Assembly: GCA_040954595.2 (NCBI GenBank)
Contig: CM082580.2
Span: forward strand, 3,648,783 to 3,712,782
Source: Balanoglossus misakiensis
Taxonomy: Eukaryota; Animalia; Hemichordata
DNA length: 64,000 nucleotides
Reading direction: 5' to 3'
Below are positions 15,301 to 26,380 of the stretch, in pieces. The notes under the pieces were generated by a model, which saw nothing but the letters and a program-made list of their open reading frames with translations, was not told the DNA's origin and did no database searches. The number at the start of each line of letters is the position of its first letter. Position 1 is the stretch's first letter. Position numbers and translations under genes: made by a program.

Positions 15301-15863
15301 ATTGTGTAAGTATAATCTCTGAAATATTAGCAGTATTTATGTCAAAATGGATCTATGGACACTTAAAGGTCACCACGGGTCAACACACCTTCTAAAACCC
15401 GCCAAGTATTTCTATATTTATGTTGAATAATACAGGAAATACAGAAGAATCCAGGAACGTTAAATACAGATATTTCATTTTCACTAATGTACTAGTATGC
15501 CATTGCATGTGGTTTCACTTCTGCCTCTGCGTGTGTTTGTGAACACGCTAAGCGTGGGAAGGCCTATTTAATAGGGCAATAACCATAAAATGTATGTTTC
15601 CGCCATCTTCCTCGCTCTAAATTATTCCTCCATATGTGTAGCGGATCTTGTAATGTGAACAACTTACCTGTTGGGGCGTTAGTTGTATGGTCCACTAAAG
15701 GCTGCCTGAGTTCTTGTTGGTAGCTGCCGACACTACGCATCCATGTCAGGTCACCTTCTGAGACGGCACTGGTCCAGGCACAGGTGTCATACTCAAAGTT
15801 GCAATTCACTGCGTCAACGCTGTGCAGCGCTGCCGTCAAGGTTATCAGAACTGTTATCAACAT
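360..15863 (-). CDS. MALRD1: MAM and LDL-receptor class A domain-containing protein (MALRD1-like), 5' part; signal peptide + 8 MAM + 3 LDLa domains, continues beyond the left edge
   Basis: 28 exons with GT-AG ends and mutually consistent phases, in transcript order: 15668-15863, 14590-14729, 13965-14072, 13527-13728, 13151-13288, 12437-12562, 12043-12173, 11745-11829, 11192-11317, 10628-10881, 10060-10224, 9583-9823, 9193-9327, 8565-8830, 7795-7912, 7474-7623, 6892-7151, 6273-6363, 5559-5702, 4982-5179, 4678-4830, 4374-4514, 3899-4042, 3488-3618, 2899-2980, 2447-2590, 973-1154, 360-528 (~1473 codons). Starts with signal peptide [18 protein letters not shown]. Repeated MAM motifs CxFExxxCxW, GPxxDHTTG, GYYxY, CFxFWYHMxG, GDIAIDD. 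LDLa motifs CQLDQFVC...[13 protein letters not shown] and CNADQFRC...[13 protein letters not shown]. Symbol is family-level; orthology not established. Confidence 0.9.
1362..2013. mobile_element. Crypton-like non-autonomous element with long terminal hairpin
   Basis: ~70-bp-arm palindrome at 1372-1519 centred on GAGCCGCAGGCGAG. Adjacent TTTCTCACAC (1521-1530) is inverted to GTGTGAGAAA (2004-2013). No TSD seen. Family assignment is from recalled architecture. Confidence 0.55.
5767..5976. mobile_element. piggyBac-type MITE
   Basis: TTAA|CCCTTTGGACGCCATA ... TATGGCGTTGAAAGGG|TTAA. Confidence 0.75.
6502..6851. mobile_element. TTAA-targeting (Kolobok-type) MITE
   Basis: TTAA|AGGGACAATAGCTGTAACTTTTG ... 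CAAAAAGATACAGCTAATGGACCT|TTAA. Confidence 0.7.
7954..8301. mobile_element. Fully palindromic (foldback) TTAA MITE, Kolobok-type
   Basis: TTAA|AGGGACAAAGTCTCTCTCTCGCTGCCC ... GGGCAGCGAGAGAGAGACTTTGTCCCT|TTAA. Arms pair with mismatches almost to the centre near 8125. Confidence 0.85.
12947..13071. mobile_element. Short PIF/Harbinger-type MITE
   Basis: TAA|GGGTCTGTTTAGTTT ... AAACTGACCAGTCCC|TAA. 3-bp TAA TSD, GGG/CCC termini. Confidence 0.65.
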
Positions 15864-18461
15864 GCTGTCTGGGACGAGGTATTCCTGCAAGATTGTCAGA
15901 AGGGGCACATTTCCTTGAAAGGCGCAGTTTCCACCAGAAAGAAGACAGAGCCAGGCTCTGTGCAACGCATGAAGAAATACCGCGCGCGTTCACCTCTACA
16001 GTTTGTGAACAAACTACTGAATCACAATCAATCAATGTCATTTATTATTATCTCGCCACTTCAGTAGAGAAACGCTGAGACACTACATGTGGCAGACACA
16101 TAAACAATATAGCTCAGTCATGTATGTGTGTACGTACTTTAGTATATATGTATGCGCACGCACCTACATGTATGTATGTATTTATATGTATGTACTAATA
16201 ATCGAGTACAGCGGTATGATAATTACAACAGCTGATTAGTGACTTTCCTTCATTTGCATTTATTTTTTTTTATAGAAAAATTGCGTCTATCTCAAGAATG
16301 ATTTATTTAAAAAACGACATTCTGCCATTATGAATCGAAGAAATCAAATCTTTTTTTTGTAGAACTACAGTCTATATTATTGTCTAATCTCAAATATATC
16401 TAATCTGTAACATATAGGCCCGCAACAAAGACCGTCATTCGGTTGTGCAACAAAGTTCAAAATCGCGTAATAATGTCACATGACAAGTAATGATGTTATT
16501 TTTTATAGTGCAGCTGTGCGCATTAAATTATAACACCACATGTGGTTTATGACAGATCTTTCACTGAACAAATAACATCTGCACTCTGCCACATACAGTA
16601 CACCTGTAATTGATTACCCATGACAGAAACGTGTTGCACTAACATATGCGTTGCCCGTAGTTCACCCAAAGTTTAAGAGTCTTGAAGACATGACGTCATA
16701 CCCGGACATGGCGATCACCTCTGACGTGCCCAGAGCTTGATCTGTCTGTACGACGAACCATAAATTGTAGCCTTGAACTCATGAGGTAAACCACAGTTAA
16801 CGTTTTGGGGACCTTTATAAGTAGGTGCCAAATGAGTTTTATTTGTTATATATAGCCACCTTTGTTTATTTACTGCGCTCTGCGAATATTTGAGTGACAG
16901 CCCCAATAAAAGAACGGTTCAGGGGGTCAGTTGACATGAGTTTGCTGTTGTAGTGAAAATTGTCGCGTTGTTCTTAGGAACTCACTCGGCTCAGAAACTG
17001 CAACTCAACAGAGAATATTAATTTCGAGAAATTTTTTAAGGGTGCTTACATTTCGGCCCAAAACTTCCCATACACGTTCCCATTGCCTGCGATAAGGCTT
17101 CGGCCAATGTCAGGTTGTCCCACGCATCAACGGAAAGATCTTTGCAAGACTAGCGAAGTTCCTGGAGCGTGCGAGTCGAAGTGTGGTTTCTGTGTGCGTA
17201 CAAGCTTGAGGGCGCACATCCTTGCCACTTCAACAAACATGAATCATTTCGATCGCCAACCGCAAGCTGCACTTCTTGAAATGTTTAATCTTTCCCAATT
17301 TACTAGTATATAAAGCAGAATAATCTGTGATATAACATCAGATACTTTTCATAATATAGTTTTGCGTTCACAGAGCTCTATGAGAGAAAGCATTCAATCG
17401 CTCAATATAACACATCTTCAAATGTGTAAAATGCACATTTTGAAGATAAGTGTGTGTACTACCCATATCAGCTTGAGTCATGTACATTAAGTACGAATTT
17501 TGAATCCAGGATCTCGGTTAGATGTACTGTACACAAATCATCATGGACGGATTATGGGCAGTATTTCTGTAAAAGTGTACTACCATACCAGTGCAGTGTC
17601 GAGATAAACGGGTTTTTGAATCATCATGTAAACAATAAAAGATGTCCCAATATGGATCTACGCATTCTGCGGAAATGTGCTTTATTCTCTTATTATACAT
17701 CATCATAACATCGACCAAACGCATTCTTGTCGAAGTTACTATTGCACTTTCAATATCATTCTGCTGAGGTATGTTGTTTGAGTGCCACCTAGCTCACAAT
17801 CAATTTATTTTGCCCTGAAGTTCCTACTTTCTTGAAAAGCTTTCTTGAAAAACAAAATATTTTTTCCATAAACACAAGTTGCTTGTTCCCCAAAATAGTC
17901 CGCCCCCATGAATCCAAAGTAAGAGACCTTATATTTCACAGGATATGTTGATTTATAGAAGAACTATCAAGAAATCGCTGAAAGTCTTCTACTGATATTC
18001 GGGGGCGGATTCAACAATAACCATAAAAAGAGGTTTCAAAATACATGTATTGCAAAAGTGAACGAACAAAGTATTGCTTTTTATAAGATTTGCACATATT
18101 TACAAGTGTTTTGGCGATCTACTATCGTCAGTTGTGAAGGTTCTTTGTTTAATACTCTACGTGCAGATCTTAGTTCTCGTCTGTCTAGAGGGCGGCAGCA
18201 TGCAGCAGAACGAGAACAACAAAAACACAGACGATTTCAATCAGGTTGTTCTTTTGGGGATCCATGGATCGCTATTTGACCTTCCAGTAAGGCGGAGATT
18301 ACATCAAATTTAAAAAAAACGTAAATCATAATATAAACGGACTTTCATGTTTTGCTTCCCAGAAAACTATACAAGTTGTCTGACATTGCGTACATCGTTG
18401 ACAGTACATTGGTTGACCAATATCTGCTCATCGGTGATTGGGCAGTAGTTTGACACGTGAC

Positions 18462-21414
18462 CTACACCATCACCATGGCCTCTGAAACCATGGGCAATCT
18501 GGCGATCCTGTGCACCAAAGATGAACTGCGCTCTTGGCACGTCTCGGGGTCACTGCATGGACTGGTCAGTGTCAGTAACATAGCAACGGAGAACGCCAAT
18601 GCAACCACCTGTGGAACTTCTGACATGTCGCTTCCTTTGAATCGGATGTGGCCCTTCTTGAGGTCGAGTGTCATGACGCTGCTCAGTCTGAAATTGCAGT
18701 CGCTTCGCTCGATAAGTGTTCGCTTTCGCTCCATTTTGCGAGAGAGACCATAAAAGCTCAGCTTTGGGCGAGAATATCCATGGTGGTCTTCCGCACTGCC
18801 ATCCCTCACCCACTTTCCGAAACAAATCCCCCAGTCACAGTTTGGCGCCTTGATGACCATTGCGCGTTCGTTGTCTCCATCTTGTAAAGTGCAGTGCGTC
18901 TCGGGGTCGACGTCACATACCTAAAACAGTGACAAAAAATATTACAGAATCTTTTTATATTAATTAACCCGCACAATTATTGCAGCACGAGAATGAATAT
19001 AATTCTTCACAGCACTCTCTCCCTTTATCTCACCCTCCCTTCTCTTTCTCCCTTTTTCGCTCCCTCTCTCCCCTCTCTCCTCCCCTTTCAGTCTCTCTAT
19101 CCCCTCCCCTCCCCTCCCCTCCCCTCCCCTCCCCTCCCCTCCCCTCCCCTCCCCTCTGAGTTTAGTTAAAGATACCTGTTGACTGGTTGGCAGGGCACGA
19201 GAATCGATAATTTCCGATAAAGCCAACAAATTGCCATCATGGTCCAGAACTTCGATTCGGGAGAAATCTTTACTTGGACTGAGAATCACTTTGGTTGTTA
19301 ACACGACTTGATGATTTGTGTTTAGTAGTCTGTAAGATAAAATAAGGTCAGGTCAGGTTTGGTAAGATTTCCAAAAACTTGGAAATTGCTTTGTGTCCTG
19401 GTGATAAAATTAACCGACGTCGCATTTTTGCAACAATCTGCGGAATTTATCCTTCGTGATATACGACATCAAGTCAAAGTTCGTGTATAGATCTTTTTCT
19501 ATTCAAGTACAGGTGTGTGTCGGGTGTCTAGCATATTGAATGAAGTACAATTGTTTGAAAGAAAGAATAATGTCACTGAACGGTGGTTATTCTAGGTCAG
19601 ACGCAGATGTTGTTCTACAAATGAGTTAATACGTCAATCCTCAATTTTCATAGCAATTCACCAGATAGATTAATTGCCAATATTGTTAATTTGTTTAACT
19701 AAGAAATGGTATATACACGGGTAAATTATCAGTTATTATGTGATCTCAAAACTTGCAACGAACGATTTAACCCTTGGATGTCTGTGGTTCCTACTGCTGT
19801 CACCTTGTATGTTAATGTTAATTTGTTATGATTATCATCAACGCGAGTCGTTAGAGATAAAAACCATTTTACTCACGCATGCAAGGTGGCTGTCGATCCG
19901 ATCGACAACGATCTTGGGTCGAAGAAAATGGAATCAACCGACTTCTGTGTCGTCAAACGTTTGTTGGACACGTCATGGTTAACTCTGTTGCTGAATTCAC
20001 CACCGCTATACGTTGTGCGTTTGTCCACACCCGTCGAGCCTGCCAAGCCTAACATACTGTCATTCATGGAAAACGATCCCGTTTTCAGTTTCAACAAACC
20101 CAGGCCGATGTCCGGATTTATCCGGAACGCTATCGACAGCTGAACTTCGCTGTGTCTGTTCTTGGAGTCGGTGAGAGTAGCCGTGTGCTCTATTCGGCGG
20201 CCGTTCGCCGACTTGTCCAGGAATGACGTGATGGGGATGGTTGCCTTGCCAACGGTATTGTACCCAAACAGCTTGATTACTTTCAGTTTGAACTGCAGGC
20301 ACGGTTTTTTGCTTTCGCTGAACAGGAAACGCACAATACTTTCGCCCGTTTTGCTGTCCCAGACGCGGTTGCTACTTTTCCGACGGAAGACTTTCTCTCC
20401 TCCGACGATGCGCATGCTCATCACGAATTCACCTGTCAAAAGAGTGGACGACACCTCAAGACGTTCCATCAGAAATTCATAGGTGTCTGTCTTGAAGGAA
20501 GAAATGTCGTGTGGTATCATGGCAACGGGAATTTCCCCGCGATAACCCGTTCCGGGAACGCAGTACTCTTCGCCAAATGTTGCATTCCACAGCTCGGCGG
20601 TTTGCTGGAATCCCCCGTCTGGCCGATCGGCGATGATCGCGCGCAGCATCGAGCGATCGTCATAGGACAGCTGCTGGCCAAGAAGCATGGTGACGTCATC
20701 TCTGTAGATGTGAGGATGGAGCATGTGGACCTGCCACATGAGGGCGACGTCGAAGCAAGGCACCAATGTATTTTCGGGGTTGCAGTGCTGTAAGTGAAGA
20801 AACATCTTGTATCGAGTTAAGGCCGACTTGAGGAAATTTCTGCTCCTGTAGTGCGGCATACTGAACTGATAGTTGAAAGTTCTCTGTCTGTGCGACGCTG
20901 ATTTGAGGTCGTAGTATATTCTTGTGACGTATGGTGTCTGGTAAGGCGATACCTCCTCCGGCGTTTTTGTCTCGTCCAAGTTCATCTCAAAGTGATCGTA
21001 GGCATGCATATCCTCCCATCGTTCCCTGGCTTTCTCCAACGACTCGGCATATTCTTTCGGGGACATGACACGATGGTCCAGAACTCGACTGGTCACCGTG
21101 ATGCAGTCTTTTGTGTACTCCTGAGGCGCCAACAAATGAACGTTCCATATCCAGGCGATGTCTATCGGCGCCGCCATCGGCTCGACCGTGAAACCCTGGG
21201 ACGCCAACAGCGGCAGCCACAGTGTCTCGTATCGTTTGATAGCTCTACTCAGCATCCTCGTCTCGAATACCTGCAGGTTATTGTTGATCATTTCCAAGAA
21301 ATTCAAATGGTCGAGAGCGGCCTCCACCAGAGGAATTCCAAGTTTGATGTTTTTTGCGCACCATCTTGCGGCCCTCTGATCCAACGTATACGATGAGTCA
21401 GCGGCAGATGCCAT
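18462..21414 (-). CDS. GRDP1: Glycine-rich domain-containing protein 1-like (GRDP/DUF1399 family), ~716 aa, 3 coding exons
   Basis: Exons 19877-21414, 19176-19329 and 18462-18920 sum to 2151 nt, in frame to TAG. Two GRDP-type repeats: AIKRYETLWLPLL...APIDIAWIWNVHLLAPQEYTKDC and ALTRYKMFLHL...LVPCFDVALMWQVHMLHPHIYRDD, followed by TAELWNATFGEEY...GTGYRG. C-terminal ERAMVIK...DWGICFGKW and VALAFSVAML blocks. Probable 5'UTR acceptor near 21440 and upstream donor near 23072. Symbol is family-level. Confidence 0.85.
19100..19156. repeat. (CCCCT)n microsatellite in GRDP intron
   Basis: About 11 perfect pentamers, preceded by a polypyrimidine tract from ~19015. Confidence 0.95.
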
Positions 21415-22232
21415 GATTCCAACTGTACTGGAAAGTGTCCTGCCGAAAAAAGTATAAAAGATTGGTTTGTAGCGATCATATCACATAAGCTTATCTTTTC
21501 TCAGAACCCGCATTTCCGTGGAACATTGACGTTTATTTATTGCACGACAAACATTAATACAAATGCTATATTAACTCTGTTGTGACAAACAAACTGACTG
21601 GTCTCTACGAATATGTATAGACATGACCACAATGCAGTGTAGTCATGCACTTTTTAACATTCATGTCTTAGTAGTATTCTCCTGATTTATTCATACAAAA
21701 GCTAAAACCAACACCACATTTTCAGTTACAATTTAATTGATAGAAAACTGAATGTCGGGGGGGGGGTTGTTAATATTTTAATAAATATACATTTAATTGT
21801 TATAGTTCTGTCGTTATAGGGAAACTGTGTCAATCATGATTGAGGCAAAAGAGGTTTGTTTTGGTTCTCTGGCTGTCTCCAGCAACTTGACCGCAAAGTG
21901 AATGAAATAATGTTGCAATTAATAACGATCCAAACACGCCTCCTACAATGACCAGCGGACTAAGGTCACCTGTAGGATTAATAGTCCAACGATCGCGAGA
22001 TGATAACCTTTTATGTCTGGATGACAGTTTATTTATTTGTCTTGTCGGTTACAGCTCAATGGTAGTGATTTGTATACACAGCACTTCATATTGCAAATAG
22101 ACCATATCTACCAATATTTCCATACACATGGACTAAGCATACACGAAATGCAAGCCAGGTAGTTCAAAACGATTTGCTTTTCATTCGAATTCATCCCCTT
22201 TTATGTTGATACCAATATGCATATCAGGTTTG

Positions 22233-22346
22233 TACGGGAGCCTATTGAGTCCAATTTAAATTGTTTTTGTCTCGTTATTACGAAAATTAAAAGGCGTAAT
22301 AACGAGATTGTTTTTATTTTTTAATTGGCCTCAATAGGCTTCCGTA
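22233..22346. mobile_element. IS3EU-type MITE (TAY...RTA ends, 6-bp TSD)
   Basis: GGTTTG|TACGGGAGCCTATTGAG ... CTCAATAGGCTTCCGTA|GGTTTG. Internal inverted pair CTCGTTATTACG / CGTAATAACGAG. Confidence 0.75.
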
Positions 22347-23337
22347 GGTTTGAGCCCACGGTGTGACCTCAAAGTTGTCTTGTTACTTGTTCTTAATAGT
22401 TCACTGGTAACCACCAGTAAGCCGAATCCCATTCTACCGAGCATGTTCGGGTCTGTACATAACGCCCCCGGGTTCGTTTGAAACACACCTTCGTACGGCC
22501 ACCATTCGAATGGGTGGTGCAGGAACTGTGCTGTTATACTTTTAATCGCCAATGTGACACGATTGTACAGTTCTATAGCATGCCGAGCATACCACTGAAC
22601 TTGAACGTAAAAACCGTGACCTATTAGATGTGGTAATCGCCTTCTCAAACAATATGAAGTCGGTGTTTGTTTGCTCATCGAATGACAGATTCGTGCGTGG
22701 AGGTATTCTATCGCAGACTCTGTGATATTTACATGAACTAATTAGTCAACTAGTATAAGTGTCACATCATATACGCCTGCCGTCGTCCAGTGTTAGTACT
22801 GCATGGACTATGTTACCCGAAGCAGAACCAACAGTGCTAGTGATCATACCAAGACTCACAAACTTTTTGACTGGATATGTGTTTACCGATCAATACATAA
22901 TCTACAATTCATCGAAAATGGTCCATGACGTCATCTCATTATAGACAGCAATCTACACATGATACTTCGCCAATCTAAAGTGCCGAACCGCTGTATCAAA
23001 TATCAAACCACATAATTCCATAATATTATCAAGTTGGTGTACAAATACAAAACTAATATAATCGATACATACCTCAATCCATTCTGTATGATCAAATGCG
23101 ACGTTCAGTCATTTCGGTGCACGAAGCGTACAGGTATGAAGTCAAGATGGCGACGCATCACAGGACTGCCGGTGTAACATATTGCAGATCAAAGTACAAA
23201 GCCTCACCTTATATCCAGTTATGTGTATGTTTTAATAGCTCACTTATTCCTTTTTTACCGCGAAGAAGATCCGCACATGCGCTGAACTGGAACTCGATGG
23301 AAATTATCACTGGCACGCAATCAGTGATGGTTGCTAA

Positions 23338-24142
23338 GGCTGCATTCACAAACACCTCTGGAGGGGGGGGGGGGGCGGGAGAATTCAATTTTTTTTACCG
23401 CTAATTTTCACATGCCCCCCTTCCGAACTGCCAATATTTTCAAATCCCCCCCTTCTGAACTGCCAAAATTTTGAAATCCCCCCCCCCCATTTTCTTTCAC
23501 AGAGCAAAACACATCACCTATCTATCTTGTAAAAAGAAAAACAGCGCTCCCATGAAAAGAATTTGAAACTGATGTTTCCCCTCATCAGTGGGTATTAAAA
23601 CTGAACATTGTTTTTATTTTTTAAGTACATATATTTGTATTCTGTGTTGGGAGACATTGTAAACCGAGAATTGAAGGGGGTGGGTTTGGGAGGGGGTGTC
23701 CCCCTCCCACGTAAGAAAATTTTCTAAAATACAGAGCTCAAAGCTGCATTTTAATGAACCCGGCAAAAGCAAATTAACTCAACTACCGGTATGTTGGGGA
23801 GGACAAATTTAACCGTCGCCGCACAAAGTTATCATGGGGTGGGGCAAGTCCCCTGACCTGGGACACTAGATAAACCAGTCAATGATTGAAAGGTGTTGAT
23901 GAATGGAGGGGGTGGGTGTGGGAGGGGGTGTCCCCCTCCCACATTAGAAAATTTTGTAAAATAAAGGGCGCGAAACTGCATTTTTGTGGACTCAAAATAA
24001 ATATTTAGTCGTTAAAGTTTTCAAGTCCCCCCCTTTCAGTCCCTAAATTATTTCAAATCCCCCCCTTACATACCCTCATTTTTTTCAAATCCCCCCCCTC
24101 AATTCTCCTGCCCCCCCTCCAGAGGTGTTTGTGAATGCAGCC
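23338..24142. mobile_element. PIF/Harbinger-type MITE family B
   Basis: TAA|GGCTGCATTCACAAACACCTCTGGAGGGGGG ... CCCCCCTCCAGAGGTGTTTGTGAATGCAGCC|TAA. Perfect ~31-bp TIR. Confidence 0.88.
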
Positions 24143-24175
24143 TAAGTGCTTGATAACTGTATTTGTAGTATCTTA

Positions 24176-24881
24176 GGGACCGTTCAGTTTTTACGGCCGG
24201 GGGGGGGGCGGCAAGTTTGTGTCATCGGTTTTCAAAATCAGGCCGACCCCCCTTCACCCAGGAGCAAAAAATGATGACCCCCCCTCTTGACAGACCCAAA
24301 AATATGATGACCCCCCCCCCCCAACGCCGAAAACATTCGCCGTCCTGATCCTATGTACACTGAATGCAATAAAGGGAATGAGGCTCCTCACACCTCAATT
24401 ATAAATTTCTTAAAGTAATTGAAGTATATAATAGTATATCGTTGTAATAAAGAAATCTATGAAAAAATTAAAATGACATGAAAATTTTGTGAAATACGGT
24501 GCTCAAAGTTTCATTTTAATGAACTCAAAAGCAAATTAACTCAATGTTAGGGAGGACAAATTTTAACTTTGCCACTCCACTCAAAGTAAGCATGGGGGTG
24601 GGGTGGCAAGAAGTCTGCCCTGGTACACTAGACAAACCAGCAAAAAATGAAATGTGGCGGAGAATGAAGGGGGTGGGTGTGGAAATTTAGAAAATTTGGT
24701 AAAATAAAGGGCTCGAAACTGCAATTTTGTGGACTCAAAAGCAAAAGTTCGGTGGCAAAAGTATGTGACCCCCCCTAAACGTTTTAAAAAACCAGATGAC
24801 CCCCCCCCCCTTTTGGACTTCAAAATTTAAGTGACCCCCCCTGGATTTTGCCGCCCCCGGCCGTAAAAACTGAACGGTCCC
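24176..24881 (+). mobile_element. PIF/Harbinger-type MITE family A, copy 1
   Basis: TTA|GGGACCGTTCAGTTTTTACGGCCGGGGG ... CCCCCGGCCGTAAAAACTGAACGGTCCC|TTA. Four more copies in the window. Confidence 0.9.
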
Positions 24882-25436
24882 TTAACGGTCCGACTACATG
24901 TACAGACATTGTTCCGCAGTTCCTAAATATTTATCTCCCAAAGTCCATGATCAAAATGTTACTTATCCACATGCTACGTCCCGTTTTCTAAAATTTGGAT
25001 TTCTTGCCTGATTATTTGAAGTATGCTCCTTGTACATTGTTTAATACAACGGCGTGTCGCCGAAAAAAAAATTGCGCTAGTATATCGATCTATAGACGTG
25101 CCCCAAGTCAGTATGGGTCTCTAAAAATTAAATTCCAGCAAACATTGTCCCGATTTATACCAAACCGTGGGTGGAGTGAACGCGTAAGTCGTTGGATCGC
25201 AGTGGCCAGCAGTATCCGAAACTCAGTATCGAAACTAGACTCGTTCCTTGGATAATTGGGGTCACCCAAGGCAAGCAAACACATAAAGTATAACGAGTGA
25301 CAGAGACGGCGAATAAAAAACACCAAGCGACTAGTGGGCTAGTCTAACTCTGAGCGATTATCTTCTGTCTCAGTCTATTCAAGTTGACTTCTGCCTTTAT
25401 AAAGCTTTCAAGTTGAAATAACGATGTGCTAAATTA

Positions 25437-25982
25437 TAATTATATTATATCATGCTGCCATCCGCAAAAATTCTGATTGGACGAGAGTTCAATCCAGCGA
25501 TACTAAAATACACAATATAGCACTGCTAAAACGGGCCCCTGAACTAGCATGCAGCAGGGAAAATGTGCGGTTAAACCACAGTCGCGCGGGATTAAACCAA
25601 ATAAATAACATAAAAACACTTGAATTTACGAACGTTTTATTTTGGAACGGCTCTGTATTGAATATTTTGCACTTTTGTCACTTTTTGTCGTCTGCTTCAT
25701 GTTTAATGGCCAATCACGGGCCGCTCGTATCTACATTCATCATCGCCATGTTGGTTCACGATCGTAACTTATTTTTCTGACACAGTTGAGAAAATGACAG
25801 TGATATGCCACAAAATCAATTGTTGATATAATATAATAGCAATAACCCCCGCCTCAGTCGGGTATACACTCGATTTGGGTACAATTCGCTCCATATAGCA
25901 CTCGCCTAACGGCTCGTGCTATATGTCTCGAATTGTACCAAAATCTCGTGTATACCCGCCTGCGGCGGGGGTTATTGCTTAA
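25437..25982. mobile_element. Crypton-like non-autonomous element with long terminal hairpin
   Basis: Palindrome at 25838-25979 centred on CACTCGCCTAACGGCTCGTG. ATTATATTATATC near 25440 is inverted to GATATAATATAAT at 25825. Same layout as 1362-2013 but in the opposite orientation. Confidence 0.55.
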
Positions 25983-26002
25983 AGAGATATGTTACCTTTT
26001 AA

Positions 26003-26380
26003 GTCAATAAAAAGACGTATTTTGGGAGCCTGTCAACCAGGAAAAAACAAAAATCCCAATTACATGACATTATTTGACCTCACAGGAATAGGGTGGTGCT
26101 AAGTACTTACATGTAGCCGAATTACACTATAATTCTTCTTCTTGAAAATGTCGTAGATAAACTAAAACGGTATTACCTATACAGAAAACTCCGCCATAGC
26201 TAAGCTTGTGATTCGGAAAAGTGAAAGTTACCAGTATTTTAAATTTACGTTCGTGGACCAGTCTTCCGATCAGAAACGTCGGTTTGGGGGTTATAACCTT
26301 TTACCCTTCTAACAGCAAGTAAAGTTTGGATTTTTGTTTTTCCTGGTTGACAAGCTCCGAAAATACGTCTTTTTATTGAC
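26003..26380. mobile_element. TTAA-targeting MITE (Kolobok-type)
   Basis: TTAA|GTCAATAAAAAGACGTATTTT...GTCAACCAGGAAAAAACAAAAATCC ... GGATTTTTGTTTTTCCTGGTTGAC...AAAATACGTCTTTTTATTGAC|TTAA. ~55-bp TIR. Confidence 0.82.
26216..26228 (+). promoter_or_regulatory. IRF-binding element consensus
   Basis: GAAAAGTGAAAGT matches the IRF-E consensus GAAAA(G/C)YGAAA(G/C)Y. Related CTTTCACTTTT at 27547-27557 and 32143-32153. Motif match only. Confidence 0.4.

Noticed and set aside
19886-21396. Several plus-strand ORFs over the GRDP exon
   Set aside because: Antisense shadows of a GC-richer coding exon, with no recognisable motifs.
22331-22678. 115-aa minus-strand ORF in the GRDP 5' intron
   Set aside because: No recognisable domain or supporting splice sites, and it ends inside a MITE.
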